A stretch of 64,000 nt of DNA, from assembly GCA_049852185.1 (NCBI GenBank), contig CP187540.1. The stretch is one strand, 5' to 3'. Under the pieces are notes generated by a model. That model did not search any database. It saw only the letters and a list, made by a program, of their open reading frames with translations, and was not told where the DNA came from. Each line of letters begins with the position of its first letter. The first letter of the stretch is position 1. Source of the DNA: Methanocaldococcus sp. 28A (GTDB lineage: Archaea > AGJL01 > Methanococci > Methanococcales > Methanocaldococcaceae). Shown here piece by piece: positions 41,420 through 52,409 of this stretch. The translations under genes and the position numbers were made by a program.

Positions 41420-42298
41420 TCATTCTGAGTAGTAGTTAAATATTTTGTTATATAATTCAATGGCCTTCTCTAAATTTCCCATTTTTTCATAAGCTATAGC
41501 CTTACCAAATTGGGCACCTAAATGATATGGATTCTTTTTTAAAATTTTGTCAAATACCTTAATAGCTTCTTCAAACTCTTTTAGTCTCAAATGGATAATA
41601 CCTAAAATATGTAAAGCCCTAATATCGTCGGGTCTTATCTCAAGTGCTTTTTCTATTGTCATTATTGCTTCTGTAAGTTTATTTAATGATAATAATATTT
41701 CAGATTTTAGTATAAGTGCTGATAAAAAATTAGGATTAATCTCTAAAGCTTTGTTTAGATGATATAAAGCTTTCTCAAATTCCCCCAATTTATATAAAAC
41801 CAAACCTTTTCCAAAAAGGGCTGTTAGATTTAAAGAACTTTCTAAAACTTTGTTATAACATTTTAATGATTCTTCATATTTTCCAAATTTTCTAAGAACT
41901 TCAGCTTTCTTAAGCCATGCTAAGACACATTGAGGATTAATTTCTAAAATCTCATCGTATTCTTTTAAACATTTATCTACCATATTCATAAGTTCGTAAT
42001 CAAGAGCTTTAAGAAATCTTATTAAAGTATTTTTAGGATTATATTCCAATCCATTATTAAAAAATTTTAACGCACATTCAAAATTACCCGTTAAAGTTAG
42101 TAAAAGACCTTTTAAAAAATTAGCTAATGGATGCTTTGGATTTATGTTTAATATTTCATCACATATTCTATTTAGGCTTTCTAAAGTTATAGGTCCATTA
42201 AGAGTTTTATTTAAAATCTTTAGACATTTAGCTATATTTTCCTTATCATTTATATTATCAAAATTACAATTACTATTAAATTGTTTGTTATCTATCAT
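41420..42298 (-). CDS. Tetratricopeptide repeat protein
   Basis: Repeated KG..L..LG....AL...KALEINP TPR units. Confidence 0.92.
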   Translation of the reverse strand: MIDNKQFNSNCNFDNINDKENIAKCLKILNKTLNGPITLESLNRICDEILNINPKHPLANFLKGLLLTLTGNFECALKFFNNGLEYNPKNTLIRFLKALDYELMNMVDKCLKEYDEILEINPQCVLAWLKKAEVLRKFGKYEESLKCYNKVLESSLNLTALFGKGLVLYKLGEFEKALYHLNKALEINPNFLSALILKSEILLSLNKLTEAIMTIEKALEIRPDDIRALHILGIIHLRLKEFEEAIKVFDKILKKNPYHLGAQFGKAIAYEKMGNLEKAIELYNKIFNYYSE

Positions 42299-42577
42299 AA
42301 TTCCACCGTCCCATAGTAAATCTTTTAAACAGTTAAATTGATATTATTTATTATGTTCCTTATCTTTCCTATATATTTATTAACTATATATTTATTAATT
42401 TATAGCATTGTATATATTAAGCTTTACCTAAATAACACTAACTAATACATTTCTTTTGGAATTTTTTTAGAGATATTCTTGAACAAAACATTATATTTAT
42501 ATTATTTTCATAACATTTTCATAAACTTCTTTTATACGACTTTATTTTTTATTAGTTTTATTACCAAAATATATTAA

Positions 42578-43309
<732 letters not shown>

Positions 43310-43343
43310 TAAAAAAATAATAAAAAATAAATATGTGGTTTTT

Positions 43344-44405
43344 ATGCTTCCAAACAAAAAAGCTTTAGAAATTATTAGAAAGTATATGAAAATTTACAAT
43401 GGAAATAATGAAGAGAACATTAAAGAGAATATAATTAGAAAGTTAAAAGAAGAAAAGGTTTTAGTAGAAACTGAAGATGGAACTTATACATTAAAGGCAG
43501 ATGATGATGAAGAGATGATGCATTCAAAGGTTGGAGCTTTAAAAGAAGCAATCTATAAGTTTGCAAAGCCCTCAAAAATTGAAAATTTAAAAAATCCGAG
43601 AGTTTTAGATTTATGTAGCGGTTTAGGATATAATGCTATAGCCGCTTTACATCATAATAAAAATGCAGAGATTGATATGGTTGAAATCTGTGAAGAAGCT
43701 TTATTTTTAACTTTATTTTTAGATATCCCATATAAAGAGCATGAGATTATAAAAGATAAGGTTAGAGAATATTTTTTAAACAAAATTGGCATTGAATATA
43801 ATTCTCCTTATAATAACATCAATCTATATGTTGGAGATGCGAGAAAATATATAATAAAAGGTGATAAAAAATACAACATAGTTTTTCACGATGCATTTTC
43901 ACCAAAGAGAGACCCTACTCTCTATACTTACGATTTTTTGAAAGAAATTTATAAAAGAATGGAAGATAATGGAGTTTTGGTATCTTACTCTTCATCTATT
44001 CCTTTTAGAAGTGCTTTAGTAGATTGTGGTTTTGTAATTTCAGAAAAAGAAAGCATAGGAAGAAAGAGAGGAATAACATTAGCATATAAAAACCTAAATT
44101 TTAAACCAGATAGAATTAATGAGATTGATGAAAGAATTATAGCTTTATCAGTTATAGCACTACCTTATAGGGATAAAAACTTAAATTTAACTAAAGATAA
44201 AATAATAGAGGATAGAGAGAAAAGGAGAAAAAAGTTAAAAGAAAATTTAATTAAAATAGGAAAATATCTATCAACAAAACAAATAAAAAAAGGAAATATT
44301 CCAGAAGAAATTTTAAATATCCAAAAGGAAGATTTAAACTCATCAGAGATTATTAAAAAGATGAGAAGAGAATTTTTCAAAGATGCAAACATTTTTATAC
44401 TATAA
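43344..44405 (+). CDS. MnmC/MnmD-like SAM-dependent methyltransferase
   Basis: TEDGTYTL, MHSKVGA, DLCSGLGYN, HDAFSP; the ORF track starts at 43335. Confidence 0.85.
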   Translation: MLPNKKALEIIRKYMKIYNGNNEENIKENIIRKLKEEKVLVETEDGTYTLKADDDEEMMHSKVGALKEAIYKFAKPSKIENLKNPRVLDLCSGLGYNAIAALHHNKNAEIDMVEICEEALFLTLFLDIPYKEHEIIKDKVREYFLNKIGIEYNSPYNNINLYVGDARKYIIKGDKKYNIVFHDAFSPKRDPTLYTYDFLKEIYKRMEDNGVLVSYSSSIPFRSALVDCGFVISEKESIGRKRGITLAYKNLNFKPDRINEIDERIIALSVIALPYRDKNLNLTKDKIIEDREKRRKKLKENLIKIGKYLSTKQIKKGNIPEEILNIQKEDLNSSEIIKKMRREFFKDANIFIL

Positions 44406-44479
44406 ACCCATAGTTGTTGAGGATGCTAAAATCTCTTTTTAGCATCTTTAAAAATGAATTTTATAAGGAAGTGGAATAT

Positions 44480-45667
44480 ATGAATTTTAGTGAATTAAAT
44501 TTATCAGAGAATATTTTAACAGCCATTAAAAATAAAGGTTTTGAAAATCCAACAGATATCCAAATGAAAGTTATCCCACTATTTTTAAATGATGAAGGTA
44601 ATATTGTAGCTCAAGCAAGAACTGGAAGTGGTAAAACTGCAGCATTTGCAATTCCATTAATTGAACTCATCAATGATAGGACTTTTGCACATTATATATG
44701 TAGTAATGAAAATATGATGCCAAAGGCATCAAATATGCCTTCTAATATTTATACCTACGAAAGTCCTATCAATGAAAACAATGGAATAGAGGCAATAATT
44801 TTAACCCCAACAAGAGAGTTAGCTATACAAGTGGCTGATGAAATAGAATCATTAAAAGGTAACAAAAATTTAAAGATTGCCAAAATTTATGGAGGAAAAG
44901 CCATTTATCCACAAATTAAAGCTTTAAAAAATGCTAATATAGTTGTTGGAACACCTGGAAGGATTTTAGACCATATAAACAGAGGAACTTTAAACCTAAA
45001 AAATGTTAAATACTTTATATTGGATGAAGCTGATGAAATGCTCAATATGGGATTTGTTGAAGATATAGAGAAGATTTTAAATGCTTGTAATAAAAATAAG
45101 AGAATTTTGTTGTTCTCTGCAACTATGCCAAAGGAGATATTAAACTTAGCTAAAAAATATATGGGAGATTATAAGTTTGTAAGAGCTAAAATATATGCAA
45201 ATATTGAGCAAAGCTATATAGAAGTTAATGAACATGAGAGATTTGAAGCTTTATGTAGATTATTAAAAAATAAAGAATTTTATGGATTGGTTTTTTGTAA
45301 AACTAAGAGAGATACGAAAGAATTGGCAAATATGTTGAGAGATATTGGATTTAAAGCTGGGGCAATTCATGGAGATTTAAGTCAATCCCAAAGAGAGAAG
45401 GTTATAAGGCTTTTTAAACAAAAAAGAATTAAAATTTTAATTGCTACTGATGTTATGAGTAGAGGTATAGATGTTAATGATTTAAACTGTGTAATTAACT
45501 ATCATCTCCCACAAAATCCTGAATCTTATATGCATAGGATTGGAAGAACTGGAAGAGCGGGAAAAAAAGGAACGGCAATATCAATTATCAATAGAAAAGA
45601 GTACAAAAAATTAAAATATATAGAGAGAACTATGAAGTTAAAAATTAGAAAATTAAAATTTAAATAA
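44480..45667 (+). CDS. DEAD-box ATP-dependent RNA helicase carrying a 33-aa in-frame MITE-derived insertion
   Basis: Q motif, ARTGSGKT, PTRELA, DEAD, SAT, HRIGRTGR. The ORF track starts at 44414; the ATG at 44480 is more likely. Confidence 0.95.
   Translation: MNFSELNLSENILTAIKNKGFENPTDIQMKVIPLFLNDEGNIVAQARTGSGKTAAFAIPLIELINDRTFAHYICSNENMMPKASNMPSNIYTYESPINENNGIEAIILTPTRELAIQVADEIESLKGNKNLKIAKIYGGKAIYPQIKALKNANIVVGTPGRILDHINRGTLNLKNVKYFILDEADEMLNMGFVEDIEKILNACNKNKRILLFSATMPKEILNLAKKYMGDYKFVRAKIYANIEQSYIEVNEHERFEALCRLLKNKEFYGLVFCKTKRDTKELANMLRDIGFKAGAIHGDLSQSQREKVIRLFKQKRIKILIATDVMSRGIDVNDLNCVINYHLPQNPESYMHRIGRTGRAGKKGTAISIINRKEYKKLKYIERTMKLKIRKLKFK
44676..44769. mobile_element. MITE family A (IS701-derived ends) inserted in frame in the DEAD-box helicase gene
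   Basis: ATAGGACTTTTG...CGAAAGTCCTAT ends flanked by duplicated CAATG (ATCAATGA at 44669 and 44768, 99 bp apart). Confidence 0.9.
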
Positions 45668-45689
45668 AATTTGTTATATTGTTAGCTTA

Positions 45690-45738
45690 CCGTTTGAAAC
45701 TGTTTAATTTTTCATAGACAAAGATAGACATTTATAGA
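45690..45738 (+). repeat. Orphan copy of the tnpB element left end, inverted relative to 48504-48552
   Basis: CCGTTTGAAACTGTTTAATT-tttc-ATAGACAAAGATAGACATTTATAGA; 46/49 identical to the reverse complement of 48504-48552. Confidence 0.85.
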
Positions 45739-45830
45739 TTTCCATTACTGAGGTAAAACTATCAAGATAACTTCTACCCTTTATGCTTTTAGAATAGGTT
45801 TCATCAAAATTTAAAATTTTTATCTTAAAA

Positions 45831-46838
45831 TTAACAAACTCTTGGTATAGGGTCTCCTATTGGCATATCGACTATTCTCCTTCCTACAATTGTTTCCATT
45901 ACAACCCCTTTATGTTCTTTTGTAGCATAGCCAATAATTTCAGCATTTCTACCTAATGGATGTTCTCTCAAAATCTCTAAACATCTTTCAGCATCTTCCT
46001 TTTTAACAGCCATAACTACCTTTCCCTCATTAGCTATTGTTAAAGGGTCTAGACCAAGGATATCACAAATTGACTGAACTTCATCACTTATTGGAATGTT
46101 GTCCTCAAAGATAGTTATCCCTATATTGCTCTTTTCAGCCATCTCATTTAACGCATCTGCTAAACCTCCCCTTGTAGGGTCTTTCATTGCATTTATTTGA
46201 ATTCCTTCTTCTAAAACCTTCTCAATCATTTTATTTATTGGGGCCACATCTGACTTTATATTTGTTTCAAAATCAAATCCTTCCCTTGATAATAGAATAG
46301 CTAATCCATGCTCTCCTATATTTCCAGAGACAATTATTGCATCTCCCTCTTGAACATTACAATCTCTAATAGCTTTACCTCTATCAACAATCCCTATTCC
46401 AGCAGTTGAAATAATGATATCATCTACTCCATCAGATACTTTTGTATCTCCTGTTACTATTGCTACTTCTGCCTCTTTAGATGTCTCATTTATTGATTTA
46501 ATTATTTTCTCTAAATCCTCTAAGTTAAAACCCTCTGGAATGATTAAAGATAGAGATAGAGCTAATGGCTTAGCTCCCATAACTGCTAAATCATTTACAG
46601 TCCCACTAACAGCCAATCTGCCAATATCTCCGCCTGGAAAAAAAATAGGTTTTACAGTATGTCCATCAACGGTAAAGACAATCTCTTTATCTCCTATTGG
46701 GATAGTTGCTGAATCATCTAAGCTTTCTAACCCAATTCCTCCATTAACTGATGTTATCTCTAAATTTTTCAATATTACATCTTTTATAAGTTCCTGCATT
46801 ACCTTTCCTCCAGCTCCATGCATTCTTGTGATTTTCAT
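45831..46838 (-). CDS. hypE: Hydrogenase maturation protein HypE
   Basis: HGAGGK, GTVNDLA, GDTKV, DPTRGG, C-terminal PRVC. Confidence 0.97.
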   Translation of the reverse strand: MKITRMHGAGGKVMQELIKDVILKNLEITSVNGGIGLESLDDSATIPIGDKEIVFTVDGHTVKPIFFPGGDIGRLAVSGTVNDLAVMGAKPLALSLSLIIPEGFNLEDLEKIIKSINETSKEAEVAIVTGDTKVSDGVDDIIISTAGIGIVDRGKAIRDCNVQEGDAIIVSGNIGEHGLAILLSREGFDFETNIKSDVAPINKMIEKVLEEGIQINAMKDPTRGGLADALNEMAEKSNIGITIFEDNIPISDEVQSICDILGLDPLTIANEGKVVMAVKKEDAERCLEILREHPLGRNAEIIGYATKEHKGVVMETIVGRRIVDMPIGDPIPRVC

Positions 46839-47050
46839 AATATATCCCTAACTTTATACTTTTAATCATTTTAATAATCATTTTAATCATGTTATATCAT
46901 AGGGTGTGCATAATTAAAGAGTTAAATATAATGAAATAAAGAATAGAGTAAGATGCGAGAAAAAACTAAGGAGGTGAAATAAAATTGACCACATTGAAAT
47001 AGATATAACTACCATAGATAAATATCTTACTGATAAAATCGAACAACTGA

Positions 47051-48552
47051 GGTTCTCCCAACGTGGTCATATATAGACAAAGATAGACATTTAGGAAATT
47101 TTAATTAGATATTTTCCGTTATAATTGACTTTATAGACCATCAGAGGGAAATCTGCGATTTGAACAAAATCCGAAGGATTTTGTAGCTCGAACCTTCGGT
47201 TCGATTCCCTTACTGGAAGCTTCGCTTCCACGTTGGGATTGGGCGTCATCAGTTTCCTAATGGAAACCTCTGCCCCTGTCGTGGTAACCCCAGAGCCACC
47301 CATAATCTCTTTAACTTTTCCTAAACCTCTTTTAAAGATATTAAAGCAACTAACTAACTGTCGATTAAAAGAGTTCTTACAATTAGAGCAAAAAACAACC
47401 AGTCCTTCTTGGGACTCCATTTTACTCCCGCATATAGGACAAGTTGTCGATGTATAAGCAGGATTAACTAAAATCGTTATCGCTTTATAGCTAATTTTAT
47501 GTATTATGCTATTCCAATTACTCCTATCTAACTTTCGATTAAAATATCTATTTTTATACATCTTTCGTTTATTCAAATCTTCAAAAATAAAAATCGCATT
47601 TGGGAATAATCGGGATAGTTGAGTAGTTAATTTATGTAAAAAGTCATTAACTCTATTCTTCCTTCTTTCGAACAACCTTTTTATCTTTCTCATAACTCTT
47701 AAAGGACACTTTTTAATTAACTTTTTAAGCAAATCGATTTTTCTATCATAAATCTCTTTAATTCTATGCAGTTCTGATATGTCAATCCTTATCCATCCCT
47801 CTGTTGGATGATATAAATCGAGAGATTTTAAGTTACTATCTACTCCAACGATTATATCTCTATCTGAATAGTTTAGAGCATCTTTAAACGTTAAAAATGC
47901 TTCATTTTCTTTTAGAATAATTTCTCCTATGGATAAATCCTTAACTTTATCAAAAAACCATTCGTTTTTAATATCTAAAATTAAATATTCTTTTCTTGGT
48001 TTTATGGTTATTCTTATTTCTCCTTTATCTTTATTGTATTTTATTAATGTTGTTTTAACTCTAACAAATAATCTTTTAACTATCGGTTTTGTTTTTGTCC
48101 TATAACCCTTTTTATAATTCGAAGCCCAACTACCTAAGATAGAATAGGCAGTTTTAATAACTCCATCTATATAATGAGAGGCATAATTCCAATTTTCCAA
48201 TAGTTTGTTCCTTAAATTTCTTTTAAATTCATTAGATTTCGGTAGTTTTGGTTTGTCTTTTTTAGTCCATTCGATATTATTCCAAATTATGTCTATGCAT
48301 TCGTTTAGTTTATTTCTACATTCGGTTAAAAAGGTATTAAGTGGATAGTTATGGCTAACTTTATATGATAAGACGATTTGATAATCTAATTCTTGGTCGT
48401 TTTTTAATTTTATTTCGTTTGGCATAGTAATCGTTTAATTGTTTTTAGATTGTTATGGTTTTATATATTTTAACTCATATTTAAAGATTATCCGGAATAT
48501 TTGTCTATAAATGTCTATCTTTGTCTATAGATAATTAAACAGTTTCAAACGG
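47051..48552 (-). mobile_element. Non-autonomous IS607/IS1341-type element carrying only tnpB
   Basis: GG dinucleotide at both ends; subterminal ATAGACAAAGATAGACATTTA at both ends; no tnpA. Confidence 0.75.
47091..48425 (-). CDS. tnpB: TnpB-family RNA-guided protein
   Basis: VGVDSN (RuvC-I), FEDL (RuvC-II), YTSTTCPICG..CSNC zinc finger, NRQ in place of the canonical xRD at RuvC-III. Confidence 0.9.
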   Translation of the reverse strand: MPNEIKLKNDQELDYQIVLSYKVSHNYPLNTFLTECRNKLNECIDIIWNNIEWTKKDKPKLPKSNEFKRNLRNKLLENWNYASHYIDGVIKTAYSILGSWASNYKKGYRTKTKPIVKRLFVRVKTTLIKYNKDKGEIRITIKPRKEYLILDIKNEWFFDKVKDLSIGEIILKENEAFLTFKDALNYSDRDIIVGVDSNLKSLDLYHPTEGWIRIDISELHRIKEIYDRKIDLLKKLIKKCPLRVMRKIKRLFERRKNRVNDFLHKLTTQLSRLFPNAIFIFEDLNKRKMYKNRYFNRKLDRSNWNSIIHKISYKAITILVNPAYTSTTCPICGSKMESQEGLVVFCSNCKNSFNRQLVSCFNIFKRGLGKVKEIMGGSGVTTTGAEVSIRKLMTPNPNVEAKLPVRESNRRFELQNPSDFVQIADFPLMVYKVNYNGKYLIKIS

Positions 48553-48985
48553 CGTTATGTTAGCACCAGGGTATAATCCTAGAAAATTAGATGATAATAA
48601 AAGAAAAATGGATAAGAAGTTTGCAGAGATGAGAAAACGAATAGAACATCTAAATTCAATAATAAAAAATTAGATTATGAATCGATTCTGGACGAATATA
48701 AAAGGTTTCAATAAAAAATACGTTTTCTTATGTTATCGGTTGTAACTGCACAGATATTAGCTATCTATAACCTAAAAACTCGTGGTTACCATTCCATAAG
48801 GATTAAAGACGTTAGAGCATAAATTTAAATGTTTGAATTATGCACCACACTCTATACTAATAGAATTTATATGCTCAAAGAGCATAAACTTTCATAGTAG
48901 TACTGCAAAAGTCTTAATTATAAAAACTTTTGTCAAATATGTTTATAAAATTTTAAAATTTCTAATTGTAATTACTATTTATTGA

Positions 48986-49390
48986 GTGATAGAAATGCTT
49001 AAAACTCTACCACCAACTTTAAGAGAGAAAAAAAGATATATCGCCTTTAAAATATTGTATGATGAAGAATTAAAAGAGGGAGACGTTGTTAATTTAATTA
49101 GAAAAGCTGTTTTAGAACATTATGGAATTTGGGGAACATCCAAGGCAAATCCATGGCTTGTTTATTATGATTTTCCCTATGGAATTTTGAGATGTCAGAG
49201 AGAGAATGTTGATTATGTAAAAAGCTCTTTAATTTTAGTTAGTGAATTTAAAGAGAAGCCAATAAATATTATCTGCTTAGGAGTTTCTGGAACAATAAGA
49301 AAAGCAAAAATTAAATTTTTAAAAATAAAGAATCCAAAGAGATGGTATATAATTAGAAAAGAAAGATTGAGAGCTAAAAAGCAAAAATAA
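48986..49390 (+). CDS. rnp2: Ribonuclease P protein component 2 (Pop5)
   Basis: LPPTLREKKRYI...GVSGTIRKA. Confidence 0.93.
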   Translation: MIEMLKTLPPTLREKKRYIAFKILYDEELKEGDVVNLIRKAVLEHYGIWGTSKANPWLVYYDFPYGILRCQRENVDYVKSSLILVSEFKEKPINIICLGVSGTIRKAKIKFLKIKNPKRWYIIRKERLRAKKQK

Positions 49391-49405
49391 TTTAGGTGGA
49401 GTTTT

Positions 49406-50803
49406 ATGGAAATGAAAAATGTAAATGTAGGATTATTTGGACATATAGACCATGGAAAAACACAATTAGCAAAACAGCTAACAGAGATTGTCTCAACATC
49501 CGCATTAGATAAACCAAAAGAATCTCAAAAAAGAGGGATAACTATTGATTTAGGATTTTCTTCTTTTATTTTAGATAGATATAGAATTACTTTAGTTGAT
49601 GCCCCTGGACATTCTGAGTTAATAAGAACTGCTATTGGGGCAGGGAATATAATAGATGCTGCTTTATTAGTTGTAGATGCTAAAGAAGGACCGAAAACGC
49701 AAACAGGAGAACATCTATTGGTGTTAGACTTATTAAACATCCCAACAATTGTTGTTATAAATAAGATAGATATTGCAAGTGATGAGGAAATTAAAAGAAC
49801 TGAAATGTTTATGAAACAAATATTAAGCTCAACTATGAATTTAAAGAACTCCAAAATTGTTAAAATCTCAGCAAAAACTGGAGAGGGAATAGAAGAATTA
49901 AAGAAAGAGCTTAAAAATTTATTAGATAGCATAAATATTGAAAGAGAGATAAATAGCTATTTAAAAATGCCTATTGACCATGCATTTAAAATAAAAGGGG
50001 TTGGGACTGTAGTAACTGGAACTATACATAAAGGAAAAGTAGAGATTGGAGATACTCTAAGAATTCTACCAATAAACCATGAGGTTAAAGTTAAAAGCAT
50101 ACAGTGCTTTAAACAAGATGTTGAAAAAGCTTATGCTGGAGATAGGGTAGGAATGGCTTTAATGGGAATTGAGCCAGATAGTTTGTTTAGGGGTTGTATC
50201 TTAACTTCAGAAGATACAAAATTAAGGGTTGTAGATAAGTTTATAGCAAAGATAAAGATTCTTAATTTATTTAAATACAATTTGACTCCAAAAATGAAGG
50301 TTCATATAAATATTGGGCTTTTAACAGTCCCAGCTACGATAATTCCATATAAAATAGAGAAAATTAACGATAAAGAAGAGCCAATAATTTTAGAAGAAAT
50401 TACAGGAGGAAATTCTTGCTACTGTATCTTTAAATTAGAAGAGAAGGTTGTTGTTGAGGAAGGAGATAAAGTTTTGATAATGAGATTGGACTTGCCTCCA
50501 ACAACTTTGAGAATTTGTGGTTTTGGAGAGGTTGTAGGATTTGAAGATGTAGAAGTTAAAAAGATAGTTGTTAGAGAAGGAAAAATCGTTAAGAAAAAAG
50601 ATAAAATCTATATTGAAGGATTGGCTACATCTAAATCATCTGGAGAAAAACTTATTGGAGAAAAAGTTTATGTTCCGGATAAGGATGTGTGGGGAATTAT
50701 AAAAGGAACATTTGGAACTAAGGGAGCTTTAATTGCTGAATTTGATGGGGATATTAGTGGAGGAGAGAAAGTAGTATTGAAGAGAGTTAAAAAATGGGGG
50801 TAA
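49406..50803 (+). CDS. selB: Selenocysteine-specific translation elongation factor
   Basis: GHIDHGKT, RGITIDLGF, DAPGH, NKID; archaeal SelB C-terminus GTFGTKG. Confidence 0.93.
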   Translation: MEMKNVNVGLFGHIDHGKTQLAKQLTEIVSTSALDKPKESQKRGITIDLGFSSFILDRYRITLVDAPGHSELIRTAIGAGNIIDAALLVVDAKEGPKTQTGEHLLVLDLLNIPTIVVINKIDIASDEEIKRTEMFMKQILSSTMNLKNSKIVKISAKTGEGIEELKKELKNLLDSINIEREINSYLKMPIDHAFKIKGVGTVVTGTIHKGKVEIGDTLRILPINHEVKVKSIQCFKQDVEKAYAGDRVGMALMGIEPDSLFRGCILTSEDTKLRVVDKFIAKIKILNLFKYNLTPKMKVHINIGLLTVPATIIPYKIEKINDKEEPIILEEITGGNSCYCIFKLEEKVVVEEGDKVLIMRLDLPPTTLRICGFGEVVGFEDVEVKKIVVREGKIVKKKDKIYIEGLATSKSSGEKLIGEKVYVPDKDVWGIIKGTFGTKGALIAEFDGDISGGEKVVLKRVKKWG

Positions 50804-50897
50804 TATAGTTTTTAGCAAAATTTGTTAAAACCAAAATGAAGATTTAATGTGTCCATTATGTGCCTTATTTATTCTAAAAAGTTTTGCACACAACTAT
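50804..50897. mobile_element. MITE family B copy (degenerate left end)
   Basis: TATAGTTTTTAGCAAAA...TTTTGCACACAACTAT. Confidence 0.65.
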
Positions 50898-50950
50898 TAT
50901 ATATCCAACATAACAAAAATAATTTTATCTCAAGGTTGTCTCAATGAACT

Positions 50951-51376
50951 TTGGTGAGAACTGTGTATGTGGTTGATTTACCATACAAGAAGTTAGGTGT
51001 AGAGTGTGATGGAAAACAGTTAATATTTAAGATGAAATCTAAGGATGTAGAAGAAAGTATAAGAATGAATTTTGAATCAGCCGCTTTATTAAAAATTTTA
51101 ATGGAACAGAGTGCAGTAGTAGCAGAAAAAATAAACAAGAGTTTTAAAAAAGACAATATTAAAGATTATCACATTCATGATATTGGAACAGTTTTTGGTG
51201 TTGATGGAAGGGTTTCAATAGGTGTTTTGCCAGCAGATGAAAATAGAGTATCTTCAATTCTCATTGGATTTCATAAAAATGATAAGCATATATCAGTTGT
51301 AGTAAAACCAAAGAAAATTGCTTTGTTAAGCGTTATAATAACAAAAATTATAAGCGAAAATCTAAGATTAGATTAA
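50951..51376 (+). CDS. Hypothetical protein
   Basis: 141-aa ORF with normal codon composition; no motif recognised. Confidence 0.7.
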   Translation: MVRTVYVVDLPYKKLGVECDGKQLIFKMKSKDVEESIRMNFESAALLKILMEQSAVVAEKINKSFKKDNIKDYHIHDIGTVFGVDGRVSIGVLPADENRVSSILIGFHKNDKHISVVVKPKKIALLSVIITKIISENLRLD

Positions 51377-51777
51377 ATCATAATATTATCTATTTTTAAC
51401 TGCTTTCCTTTACCAACTACTTCATAAAAATCAATAGCAATAACTTTCATCTTTTCATCAATTACATAGTTTTTTCCATTAGTTGATAAAAGGTGGGGAT
51501 TTATAAATAACATCTCTCCGTTAAATTTTACTGCTAAATAAGGTTTTCCTCCGAATGTTTTAGAGAAGTTAATGAGTTTTTCAACATCTTCTCTGTTTAT
51601 ATAAAATTTACTTTTTGAAGAGGATTTGCATTCAAATATTAAAATCTCTCCATTTCTTCCAGCTATTAAATCAACACCCTTACTTCCAGCACTTCTAATT
51701 ACTGCAAATCCTTCCTTTTCTAAAAGTTTTTTTAATTCTCTCTCAAAAGTACTTCCTTTTCTATATTTATGCCTCAT
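51373..51777 (-). CDS. hjc: Holliday junction resolvase Hjc
   Basis: [25 protein letters not shown]. Confidence 0.95.
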   Translation of the reverse strand: MRHKYRKGSTFERELKKLLEKEGFAVIRSAGSKGVDLIAGRNGEILIFECKSSSKSKFYINREDVEKLINFSKTFGGKPYLAVKFNGEMLFINPHLLSTNGKNYVIDEKMKVIAIDFYEVVGKGKQLKIDNIMI

Positions 51778-52234
51778 TTTTGCTCCCTAATATTTTCTCA
51801 ACTATATTTTTAAACTCTTCTACTGATATTTTTTTCTCTTTCTTTATCATTTCATTTTCTTTAGTTAAAACGTCTTCCATTGGTTTTACTCCTTCTTTTT
51901 CAAGTTTATCTAATGCTAAACCAATTTTGTCTAAAACCGCTTGTTCAGCCTCTAATTGGTGAAAACCTTCTCTTGGCCCTCCTCCTCTAAATGCTCTACA
52001 CCTCCTCTTATCCCAAATTGGATAGCCTCTATCTTTACAAAATATCCTATTCTTTTCATAATTTCTAATCTCTTGAGCTAATTTATCTACTAACTCTTCC
52101 TCTCCTTCAATATATGCTCCAAAACATGTTTCTTTTACAACAACAGGTAGATTTAATGAATTTAAATACCTAACTAATTTACCTGGAGTCGTTAGGGAGT
52201 TTTCAGCTAAAACTATAACCTTTGTCTTTTTCAT
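51767..52234 (-). CDS. Methanogenesis marker protein 6
   Basis: KETCFG, FCKDRG, RRCRAFRGGGPREGFHQLE. Confidence 0.85.
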   Translation of the reverse strand: MKKTKVIVLAENSLTTPGKLVRYLNSLNLPVVVKETCFGAYIEGEEELVDKLAQEIRNYEKNRIFCKDRGYPIWDKRRCRAFRGGGPREGFHQLEAEQAVLDKIGLALDKLEKEGVKPMEDVLTKENEMIKKEKKISVEEFKNIVEKILGSKNEA

Positions 52235-52409
52235 TATTTCACCATAAATTTTAATATTAATTTAAATTTACTTTTTATATTTTATAAATTTTATTGTTAA
52301 TAAACTAAATCAAAGCTTTAAAAAAGAAAAAATTCTTTTAAATATATTTTGAGCATAAAGATGTTAAAAAGAAAAAAATTAAAATAAAAATAAAATTTAA
52401 AAATAAGAA

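Larger units (their letters stand above)
46900..48854 (+). mobile_element. Decayed DDE IS remnant interrupted by the tnpB element
   Basis: Imperfect inverted ends TAGGGTGTGCATAATT / AATTATGCACCACACTCTA; transposase-like fragments on both sides of the tnpB element. Confidence 0.45.

Noticed and set aside
44414-44479. N-terminal extension of the DEAD-box helicase
   Set aside because: It is a TTG start running across an intergenic hairpin (GATGCTAAAA/TTTTAGCATC); the conserved sequence begins near 44471-44480.
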